From: a virus
Lineage: Duplodnaviria > Caudoviricetes
Length of the DNA stretch: 64,000 bases
Reading direction: 5' to 3' (one strand)
Virus record (IMG/VR): IMGVR_UViG_3300008050_007455
Location: 46 to 64,045 of that record
Shown here: positions 56,078 to 64,000 of the stretch, piece by piece
Layout: every line of letters begins with the position of its first letter
Numbering within the stretch: position 1 is the stretch's first letter
Translations under genes and position numbers: made by a program
The notes under the pieces: model-generated
Seen by the model: the letters and a program-made list of their open reading frames with translations, nothing else
Databases searched by the model: none
Told to the model about the DNA's origin: nothing

Positions 56078-57337
56078 TTATTTAAAATTGTATGTGTTGC
56101 CATAATTGAATTTTATGTTTAATTTATAATCTTTAAATATATTTAATATCTCCTCAATTTTTCCCCTTTCACTTCTATCTAAATCAAACAAAAAAGAATC
56201 ATAAGTATATAGTATTAGTTTAGTTTTTGCATTATTTAATATCTTAAATATTTCCCACAATATACAAATATTATATGAGGTCTCCAAGTTTTGGAGTAAA
56301 TAATTCAATAGCTTTTGGGGTTTCATATCTTCCAACTCACCCCTATAAAATATTTTTTTAGAAATAGGACATTCGATGTAACCTTCACTTTGGAAGCGAG
56401 CCCACAAGTCATCAGTATATATTTGGACTTTTTTAAAGAACTCTAAATCTTTATACTTATCAAATACTCCTCCATATAGTTGTTTAAATGTCAGCTCCTT
56501 AGCTTTTTGGTAATCCACACCATACATTTCTGCAAAGGCAGTATGAATATCTTCATCACCAAAATCATAGTCGACCAACTTAGCCAAAAGAGTAGGATGA
56601 TAAGCACCAATGTCAAGCTCAAGCAAGCAATCATTACTTGCGATAAAACTTTCTCTACTGCCGTTGTCTTTAGGTATTGCGGCATAATTTACTCCTTTGA
56701 ATTTATTACTTGGTCTTCCTGTGAGGGTTTTGAAGTTGAATTGGGTGTAGACGTAATCTCCATCGACATCGTGAAAGTGCGATTGGAATTTTTCTCTATC
56801 AATTCGTAAACCACTTCGCTCCACGGCGTTGAATACCACTGAGGCTTTTGTGTTGTAAAAGTCGTTGATTGGCTCATTTATTTTTAATTTTAAGTTATTA
56901 AATAGATTTTCACAATACTCATAATGTTTAACTATAGGTATTATTCTGTTTATATCTTTTTTATCACCCATCTTGCTGTAGAAGTAAGAGTGGGTTTGTG
57001 TTGTCTCGCGTATATACGTATGAGAATTAAGTGTTATGTCATAAAGAGTTTTTAGTGGAAAATAATGTAAGAATTCTTTCTTATCACGCACATACAACGC
57101 ATCATAATTTGATAATATGTGTTTTATATTGTCAATACTAGCATTAATCGTTTCACTATGCGAAATGGGCAACATAAATCCTTTCGTTGATACTAACGGA
57201 CGAATATAAATAGCACAAACTTTATTTTGGGTAGGGTGAATAGTATCATTATATGGAATTACTTCTACAAATGCTTCCTTATAACCACTTTGCCAAAACC
57301 TTTTTATTTGATCCTCAGATTCTACTAACCAAAACAT
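56078..57337 (-). CDS. Family A DNA polymerase-like protein (compact, divergent)
   Basis: TLTGRPS..NY..IPK, LELDIGAYHP (motif A), AKELTFKQLYG (motif B), YTYDSFLFD (motif C variant). Confidence 0.8.
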   Translation of the reverse strand: MFWLVESEDQIKRFWQSGYKEAFVEVIPYNDTIHPTQNKVCAIYIRPLVSTKGFMLPISHSETINASIDNIKHILSNYDALYVRDKKEFLHYFPLKTLYDITLNSHTYIRETTQTHSYFYSKMGDKKDINRIIPIVKHYEYCENLFNNLKLKINEPINDFYNTKASVVFNAVERSGLRIDREKFQSHFHDVDGDYVYTQFNFKTLTGRPSNKFKGVNYAAIPKDNGSRESFIASNDCLLELDIGAYHPTLLAKLVDYDFGDEDIHTAFAEMYGVDYQKAKELTFKQLYGGVFDKYKDLEFFKKVQIYTDDLWARFQSEGYIECPISKKIFYRGELEDMKPQKLLNYLLQNLETSYNICILWEIFKILNNAKTKLILYTYDSFLFDLDRSERGKIEEILNIFKDYKLNIKFNYGNTYNFK

Positions 57338-57350
57338 AACTTTATTTTTG

Positions 57351-57383
57351 ATTAATATACAAACTAAAAATCAAACAACCAAA
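57351..57383 (-). promoter_or_regulatory. Class I promoter
   Basis: TTTGG-N17-TGTATATTA. Confidence 0.6.
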
Positions 57384-57390
57384 TTGTAAT

Positions 57391-58050
57391 TTAAACTTCT
57401 TTGTAAAACTTTAACCAATTGCCTCTTAGAAATTTATTTAGGCCTACTACTTTATTTCTTTTTTCAGCTAATAATATAATATTTCTATTTGTATTAGCTA
57501 CATATTTTTTTTCTCCTACTAAAACCCACTGTAAAGTTACTAGTTGGTAAGGTTGCCACAACCACTCACCACTTCTACTATCTAATTTCATAAAAGTTTC
57601 AGGTGAAATTTCAAGCCAAATTGGTTGGTTGATTTTAACACAAAAATATCTAGTAAAACTACCAATAGCATACTCCTCTTCCCCTGGATTAGGGTGAAAT
57701 TGGGTCGGCATATTAATTAATGTGGATTGGGTTAAATCTACTTCTTGTAAAGTAGCATATTTTACTACCATTCTTTCTGAATATCCTGGAGTGTTTATGT
57801 CATCAAAAATAGTTGGTGCATCACTATAGGCTATTGAGTTTTGGGGAGTTTCAGTTGATGGAAGAGAATTTATATCTTCTACTTCTATTAATTCTTCATT
57901 TGGGGGATCATTTTGGGTTTTACCTGTAAAATATTTACCTTCAAAAGTTTTATAGTAAAAACCGGTATAACTTTCCTCATTGCTTTTATACACTAATTTA
58001 TTATCGTTAGTATATTGGTTTGTTAGTATTCTACTTTTTGGAATATACAT
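57391..58050 (-). CDS. Putative virion structural protein
   Basis: Follows baseplate genes; YTGFYY...YFTG, FTRYF; start MYIPKS. Confidence 0.65.
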   Translation of the reverse strand: MYIPKSRILTNQYTNDNKLVYKSNEESYTGFYYKTFEGKYFTGKTQNDPPNEELIEVEDINSLPSTETPQNSIAYSDAPTIFDDINTPGYSERMVVKYATLQEVDLTQSTLINMPTQFHPNPGEEEYAIGSFTRYFCVKINQPIWLEISPETFMKLDSRSGEWLWQPYQLVTLQWVLVGEKKYVANTNRNIILLAEKRNKVVGLNKFLRGNWLKFYKEV

Positions 58051-58052
58051 AA

Positions 58053-61004
58053 TTATGATGTTGAGGGTGCTGTAAATATTAAATACGTCCAATTATCTCC
58101 CACCCTTGATCTATAAGGGAAATCAGTATTATAGTTGGTTTGGGTTGATGTTGTCCATTTAGTAGAATTAATATCCCCTACATAAACTTGTGTGTGGCCA
58201 TATTTTACATGACTCATATTTGTAGGACCATCATTACAATAATAAGCTACTATATCTCCATAACCCCAAGTACGAGTAGCTAATGAATTTAATAATTGTG
58301 ATTTAGTTACAACTGATTGAGTTTTAGTATATCCTAAAGCTGTTAAATTATTATAATATTCTTGATTATTATTAGCATTACCACCAGCTGCTAGTTGTCT
58401 TTTTTCAGGGTTGTAACCTTTTAAATATTTTACATAGTTTAAAGCTAAATTATAAGACCATCTAGCACACATCGATTTAACTTCACCATCTCTACTAAAT
58501 ACCCAATTATATGATGACTGCATTGCATTAAATCTTGTAATTGATTCCGGATCTTGGGAAGCTGGGGCTTCTGTGTTTGATAAAGGTAAAGAATTAGATA
58601 GGTTAGATGATTGTTGGGTTGTAGCAGTTGATACCAATTCAGCTGGTCTTGCTACGGTTGTCATAGTTTCAGCTGCTACACTTTGTGTGGTTAATTCTGT
58701 AATCCAAGCATCTTTATCTATCTTATGGTTTATACCTGTAATTTGTAAATCAACCCCATCATTAGCATATGTTGTGGGTAAAATATCATTAGTCATTAAA
58801 AACTTTTGATATAATTTCATACCTGAAAGTCCATCCATTTCTAATGAAAAGTTAAAAGGTAAAAAGAATGGGGATTGGATCTGGTTTTCTTTAGTTAATT
58901 TTCCTACAATTAAACTAGCATGAGTTTTATTGTGGTTTATTAAAGAATCTATATTTTCTGAAAGGAATCTTTTCTTTCCGTAAATTGTTATAAATAAACT
59001 ATTTTCTTTACTTGTATTTATATTATCTTCAAAATTGGTTTTAATTGTTATTTCTTCTTCTTCTTCTACCCCGTTCGCATTTGGTTTTGGGTAAACACTT
59101 TCTTTTACTTCAATAATTCTATCTTTTAACCCCATATTATAATTTGAAAAGGAAGTTGCGTTTTCAGAAATTTGATTTGCGTTATTTTGGGCTCCAATAG
59201 ATATCATAGAGGCAAAATTTGATGGAATTGAAGCATTTAAATTTACACTCCTAATAAAACTACCCTCAATCCCAGGTTTTACCCCATATACATTAAACCT
59301 AGTATATTCAGATATAGAAAACACCTTTTCTCTTCTTTGGGGGATATTTTCATTAAATATCATTTTAGTACCATCATCGGATAGCTTAATTGTAAATTCA
59401 TTTATATCACCTAAGGCTTTTATTATTCCTGAGTTGATAATTTTAAGGTAATTAATAATGTTAATATTACCTTTATCATCTTCCCCATCTATTAAACAAG
59501 TAGCTAAATAATTAATATTAACCATAATGTTACCTATTCTACCTAAATATGTTTCATAATCCCACTTAGTTCTAGATAAAACTTTATTAAGACCTGTGTT
59601 AGGAAGTTTTACATTTTCGTCAGATAAACCACTAAGGGTATTGTGGTCTTTAAAATTAGTATTTGTATAAGGGATTAAACAAACTCTAGGATCAGAAGAA
59701 AATTGTCCCGGGACCTTTAATATGACATTTTCATCTTCGTCAAGATTGAAAAAATCCATATCAAAAACAACATAGGGAGTTGATTTTTTATTATTATATA
59801 GTAAAACTTTTGATTGTAAATAAGCTAAAAAGGCTCCGTATTTTATATAAACTTGAGGTGATTCATTTTCCTTTAAATCTGTTACAGTTGAAGGAATAGC
59901 AAGTAATCCTTTTTTAAACATTAGATATCCTGGTTTGGTTGGTTTTCCTGTTTTTTTATTTACTCCCATAAAATCTAAAAGTTTATAATCTATAAGAGTG
60001 GGTATTTCAAGTTCTGTAGGATGCCCTTTGCAACAAAATTGAGCTGTTTGGTAGATACCATATAACTCTCTATTTATTACTGTTTTATTTGCATTTGCTA
60101 CTAATGGGGGTTGTTGGGCAGGGTCTGGATCTGTTGTCCATAATTTTTGCCACCATCCTCTGTCATCTGTTTTAATATCAACTAAACTAGGATCAGTAAT
60201 ATTACATTTTAAAGATGAAATAACATCACCTATAGAAGTTAATTGAACTTGACAATCATAACTACCATCACTATTGAATTGCCAATTAAAATTACTTATT
60301 TTACCATAAACAGCTTCATAATTATAATCATATTCTTTTCTTGCTTCTTCAATGGCTTTATATATCTGATATTGATTTGCTCCATTAGGATTAAGGAATT
60401 TAGACATGGGTTCTGTTAGAAAGTTATCCATAGATTGGAGCTTCTCCTCATTATCTAACCATACAGAATGTCCAAATTCTAATAATAAAGTATAACCTGG
60501 TCTTAAGTAAAGTATATCTATTAATTGGAATTGAGCTTTATTATAACATTTTATATTTATAGTAGTTTTTGATAAAGCCCCATTATTATAATAAGTTACA
60601 TCAGCATTTGTAATACCCGGCATAGGAACATATCCTCTTTCTGATGTTCCTCCCCACCCATAAGCGCCATTAAATATACTACTACCATTATTTAAACCAG
60701 CTTGTAAACCAAAACTATCATTTTCACTGACTACTCCTCCTTGTAAAATAACATTTTTTGCTAAATAATCTCCATCCCATGTTCCAACATCATATCCTAA
60801 ATTTTTTAATTGTTTAGGGACTCCTTTTAATGGGTTATAAAATTCTAAATCAACTGAGCTTGCTAATCTTAAGAATGGGGTTTTAGTAGTGTAGTATTGA
60901 AGATCTTTAGAAGGAATATTAGTATACTTTCCTAATGAATTTTGTCTTACTTCTACTTGTTTTTTTACCTCTGGATCAAAGGGAGTTCCTAAAAAATTAC
61001 TCAT
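58053..61004 (-). CDS. Baseplate hub-like protein with C-terminal CHAP/NlpC-like cysteine amidase domain
   Basis: PMPGIT, LYLRPGYTLLLEFG, G..NF.W....DGSYDC, LEMDGLSG..ITGINH.I...W.T; C-terminal CARW...GDIV...YGHTQVY. Confidence 0.7.
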   Translation of the reverse strand: MSNFLGTPFDPEVKKQVEVRQNSLGKYTNIPSKDLQYYTTKTPFLRLASSVDLEFYNPLKGVPKQLKNLGYDVGTWDGDYLAKNVILQGGVVSENDSFGLQAGLNNGSSIFNGAYGWGGTSERGYVPMPGITNADVTYYNNGALSKTTINIKCYNKAQFQLIDILYLRPGYTLLLEFGHSVWLDNEEKLQSMDNFLTEPMSKFLNPNGANQYQIYKAIEEARKEYDYNYEAVYGKISNFNWQFNSDGSYDCQVQLTSIGDVISSLKCNITDPSLVDIKTDDRGWWQKLWTTDPDPAQQPPLVANANKTVINRELYGIYQTAQFCCKGHPTELEIPTLIDYKLLDFMGVNKKTGKPTKPGYLMFKKGLLAIPSTVTDLKENESPQVYIKYGAFLAYLQSKVLLYNNKKSTPYVVFDMDFFNLDEDENVILKVPGQFSSDPRVCLIPYTNTNFKDHNTLSGLSDENVKLPNTGLNKVLSRTKWDYETYLGRIGNIMVNINYLATCLIDGEDDKGNINIINYLKIINSGIIKALGDINEFTIKLSDDGTKMIFNENIPQRREKVFSISEYTRFNVYGVKPGIEGSFIRSVNLNASIPSNFASMISIGAQNNANQISENATSFSNYNMGLKDRIIEVKESVYPKPNANGVEEEEEITIKTNFEDNINTSKENSLFITIYGKKRFLSENIDSLINHNKTHASLIVGKLTKENQIQSPFFLPFNFSLEMDGLSGMKLYQKFLMTNDILPTTYANDGVDLQITGINHKIDKDAWITELTTQSVAAETMTTVARPAELVSTATTQQSSNLSNSLPLSNTEAPASQDPESITRFNAMQSSYNWVFSRDGEVKSMCARWSYNLALNYVKYLKGYNPEKRQLAAGGNANNNQEYYNNLTALGYTKTQSVVTKSQLLNSLATRTWGYGDIVAYYCNDGPTNMSHVKYGHTQVYVGDINSTKWTTSTQTNYNTDFPYRSRVGDNWTYLIFTAPSTS

Positions 61005-61008
61005 AACT

Positions 61009-61329
61009 TTACCTATTTAATACATTATAACTATCTACTATTTGAACTATGTTTGTTGGGATTCTTATTTGAGTGCCTGGGTTTAAGTATAAAGAGCCCA
61101 TATTTATTTTATTTGGATTTGCAATAGATATTACCCAATATAAAGTAACATCATTATAAAATTGAAATGCTAATGAATCTAACCTATCCCCAAATTCAGT
61201 TTCAACCCAAATATCATTTTCATTTGGTAGAACTTCAGGATAAGTGTTGTTAGTATAATATAGAGTACCAATAGTACCCACAAACTCATTTGTATTTCTT
61301 ATTTCTTTTACGTTAGAATATCTATTCAT
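61009..61329 (-). CDS. Baseplate wedge protein (gp53/tail X, LysM-like)
   Basis: GDRLDSLAFQFYNDVTLYWVISIAN...GTQIRIP. Confidence 0.85.
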   Translation of the reverse strand: MNRYSNVKEIRNTNEFVGTIGTLYYTNNTYPEVLPNENDIWVETEFGDRLDSLAFQFYNDVTLYWVISIANPNKINMGSLYLNPGTQIRIPTNIVQIVDSYNVLNR

Positions 61330-63449
61330 TAGGTTTGATTATTGTTATCTCCACCACTTCCTTTTGTTGGTTGATATGTTAAATACTCATCATTGTAATT
61401 ATTATTTACACCATTACTTAATGCAATAAATTTACTATTTGGATTATTTGATTTGTTTGGCTTTTCAGGTAGGAATGTATGAATAGGAGTAAACTGAAAC
61501 CCGCTTACTTTAATAACATGCGGAAGTTCTTTAACACTACCATCTGATCCTCCTTCTGCATCAATAGCTATTTCCCAAGGAGTATCTTCACCAATATCAT
61601 ATGTTAAGGATGTTATAAAACCTGGTTGTTCATATAAATAACCTCCTATAGTTAGTCTTACTAAATTACCTCGCATAAATCCAGCTGCTGTATAATCTGG
61701 TGCTAGGGTTGAAGCTAGATAATTTAATTTCTTATACATAGGAATAAGTTCTGCTTTTGATTGGGCAGCAACTGTGAATCCCAAACTAATAGTTCTATCA
61801 AACCCTCCATAATTATGTAATGTATCTCCTCTTCCTACATAATTAACAGCATTCCAAGTAGCGCTATAATTATCTGTTATATTATCTAAAAAAGCTCTAA
61901 AATGCATATAAACAGCTTCACCATTGGTTTTATCATTATTTATAGCTGCTATTCTAAATTTAACTAAATCATTAATGGGTTGGTTTGTATCTGGCCCTGT
62001 ACCATCGTACATAGGCATTGATGTTATTTTATCTAATGCTTGTAATTTATTTGCTGGTAAGCCATAATTCCATATATTTTTCTTCCCTAAGTAATTTTCT
62101 CTTAATTCTCCTCCTTCTTTTCCAGGCATCCCCATATTAAGTCTTTCGTCTCTGTTTTTATCTCTATAATTAGGAGATAAACTTATTACTGATGATTGTT
62201 TTGTTTGTTCTAAATTAGTACCATTAACATCATATAATTCTTTTCTAAAATCTGTGGGGTATAAACCTGTTTGTTGTCCCTCAATTATATTATCTTTACC
62301 TATTATTTGTGGTAGTGTAAATGTTCTTGAATTATTTTTATATAATACATTACTATTTACAATAAATTTTTGGGAAACCCATGTTGTTACTTTTCCAGTT
62401 TCATCATCAGTAAATGAATTTATTTCATCTATTAACCCATCTACTTTATAATTAAAAGTTTGATAAGGACCATTTATTCCCTTTTCAATAGCTTTGGGTG
62501 CTGTTGAGAATGGATCCTCAAATAAAAATTCTCTATCCCTTTGATATTTGAATTTTTCGGGGGAGGATGTTAAGTATAATTGACCATATTTAGAGGTTGC
62601 ATTATTTTGTATTGATAGTTGGTATTGGAATTTGGATGAATCATCAGTTTGGTATGCTCTATTACTAATACCTCCTAAATAAAATTGTCCTGGGTTTGAA
62701 ACAGATTGGGCATTCGCAACTCCTGTTCTTTGATCTGCAAATCTAATATTTGTTGAACCTATTCCTAATACAGCTCCAGGACCCCCACTATAAGAAAATA
62801 TGTTTTGATCTTCATTAGTTCCTACCTCTGTAGCTCTATTATAGAAATTAACTAATCTATTACCATCAGAAGTTTCATTAAATACTTTAGTAGCAGCTTC
62901 ATAAGTATTTAAACCTAAATCACCCCCAAATAACGATCCTTCTACTACACCACTCATAGGTGAAAAAGGATCTAAACCTAATAAATTAGCATGTAATCCT
63001 AAACCATTACCTAAAGCTGTTGCTAAAGTTCCTATAGGTGTATAAACTCCCTGATTAATATTTCCACCCCCAGCCGCTTTCAATCCTCCTGGTCCTTCTT
63101 CCCATTTATAAGGTGTTGCCCCTGCATATCCTAAACCAAATGAAGCTGGGGTTTTAACTGATGTTCTAGATAATATATTTTGTTTAGCTATAAATCCTAA
63201 ACCTGCTGATGGATTTTTAGTATCGATAAACATTTGTGTTAATCGACTTACATCATCTAAAGCATTTGAAACTGATTTTAATCCTCCTCTAACAATAAAA
63301 TCAGGGCCTGATCTTACAGGAAGGTCATCAGATTCTAACCCTGATGGAATTTCAGAAGTAATGTAGGGTTGATTGCTATCAGCCCCATCACGTCTATCTC
63401 TTCCCCAAGGCAGATTAGTTAAATCTGTTTGGAAATTTATTAGAGGCAT
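61329..63449 (-). CDS. Baseplate/tail-tube initiator-like protein
   Basis: C-terminal FRAFLD...W....YVGRG...YGGFDRTISLGF...LTIG...PGFITSL. Confidence 0.7.
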   Translation of the reverse strand: MPLINFQTDLTNLPWGRDRRDGADSNQPYITSEIPSGLESDDLPVRSGPDFIVRGGLKSVSNALDDVSRLTQMFIDTKNPSAGLGFIAKQNILSRTSVKTPASFGLGYAGATPYKWEEGPGGLKAAGGGNINQGVYTPIGTLATALGNGLGLHANLLGLDPFSPMSGVVEGSLFGGDLGLNTYEAATKVFNETSDGNRLVNFYNRATEVGTNEDQNIFSYSGGPGAVLGIGSTNIRFADQRTGVANAQSVSNPGQFYLGGISNRAYQTDDSSKFQYQLSIQNNATSKYGQLYLTSSPEKFKYQRDREFLFEDPFSTAPKAIEKGINGPYQTFNYKVDGLIDEINSFTDDETGKVTTWVSQKFIVNSNVLYKNNSRTFTLPQIIGKDNIIEGQQTGLYPTDFRKELYDVNGTNLEQTKQSSVISLSPNYRDKNRDERLNMGMPGKEGGELRENYLGKKNIWNYGLPANKLQALDKITSMPMYDGTGPDTNQPINDLVKFRIAAINNDKTNGEAVYMHFRAFLDNITDNYSATWNAVNYVGRGDTLHNYGGFDRTISLGFTVAAQSKAELIPMYKKLNYLASTLAPDYTAAGFMRGNLVRLTIGGYLYEQPGFITSLTYDIGEDTPWEIAIDAEGGSDGSVKELPHVIKVSGFQFTPIHTFLPEKPNKSNNPNSKFIALSNGVNNNYNDEYLTYQPTKGSGGDNNNQT

Positions 63450-63458
63450 AGTTTATTT

Positions 63459-63758
63459 TTAGATTCCTGCTGCTCCGTCAGGTAATTTATTTGCGTATCT
63501 GTTTACTGGTTCTTGGTATGCTTGAGTTTGTTCACCTAATTGTGATGTTGATGGGTTTGTGTACCCCATAGCTCCTGCTCCAAAATTATCATACGCCGGG
63601 TTAGTTAGAGTAGGATCACCTAAATTAGAATATTGATTGTGGAGTAATGAATTACCTACAACACTAACAGCATCTGGTGCTTGTGGACTCGCTGGTGATA
63701 CTGGAACTCCTAAAGCCGAACCGTCTGTTTTAAACATTTTTTCAATTGAATTTGCCAT
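63459..63758 (-). CDS. Hypothetical (likely virion) protein
   Basis: ATATTTATA motif upstream (63789-63797); SLLHNQYS..G.P. Confidence 0.7.
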   Translation of the reverse strand: MANSIEKMFKTDGSALGVPVSPASPQAPDAVSVVGNSLLHNQYSNLGDPTLTNPAYDNFGAGAMGYTNPSTSQLGEQTQAYQEPVNRYANKLPDGAAGI

Positions 63759-63799
63759 AATTTTTAAATTTTTAAGTTGTTGTTTTATTATAAATATTA

Positions 63800-64000
63800 T
63801 TAAATATTGGAAGTCGCCATAACCATAGATTTACCTGCCTTAGCTCCATCAATATAAACGTCCCCACCACTTTTAACGGCTGTTATTAATTCTTTTAATA
63901 GAGTTACTACTTGAGTATTATCACCACCTCCTGTAAGGTTAGTTCCTCCCATTATAATATCATCAGCTCTAAACTTTTGAATAGGTTGTCCTGGTCTTGA
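63800..64000 (-). CDS. C-terminal end of a tape-measure-like protein (partial)
   Basis: Manual: ...DDIIMGGTNLTGGGDNTQVVTLLKELITAVKSGGDVYIDGAKAGKSMVMATSNI*; V.IDG..VG-type end typical of tape measures. Confidence 0.6.
   Translation of the reverse strand, partial: SRPGQPIQKFRADDIIMGGTNLTGGGDNTQVVTLLKELITAVKSGGDVYIDGAKAGKSMVMATSNI

Noticed and set aside
215-63822. All plus-strand ORFs in the track (e.g. 1528-1854, 6570-6920, 14404-14772, 53799-54209, 56480-56809)
   Set aside because: Antisense shadows of well-supported minus-strand genes; no recognisable motifs or upstream signals
1-64000. Stop-codon reassignment, tRNA genes, rRNA, integrase or transposase
   Set aside because: Core genes are full length in the standard code; no cloverleaf-sized spacer with T-loop/D-loop motifs and no mobile-element enzymes recognised

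Overview
An AT-rich, gene-dense 64-kb segment of a large T4-like (myovirus-type) phage genome, with essentially all real genes on the minus strand. The host is most likely Bacteroidota (Flavobacteriia-like), judged from about 16 copies of a TTGG/TTTG-N17-nnTAnnTT promoter resembling the Bacteroidota -33/-7 consensus, the absence of Shine-Dalgarno motifs and a Bacteroidota-type outer-membrane beta-barrel gene. In transcription order (right to left) the window holds: the end of a tape-measure-like gene and baseplate genes; a PolA-like protein, gp32-like SSB, UvsX/RecA, 5'-3' exonuclease, gp41/DnaB helicase and class I RNR; a lysis module; an OMP; a SET protein; a 7-deazaguanine DNA-modification cluster (DpdA/TGT-like, QueC, QueD, QueE, FolE) interleaved with HPRT and a MazG-like pyrophosphatase and running into a split family-B polymerase, a carbamoyltransferase and the sliding clamp; Hsp20, GroES and GroEL; the clamp loader; an Rmt2-like methyltransferase; a mini-CorA; a ~12-kb glycosyltransferase/nucleotide-sugar island; and a block of small early genes. 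The best novelty candidates are a possibly pre-replicative deazaguanine substitution system wired into the replisome, a pseudoknot-like leader before queC, complementary 5'/3' UTR elements around hsp20, and an unannotated acidic peptide ending in an SSB-like tail. All functional calls come from motif recognition by eye; no database searches were run.
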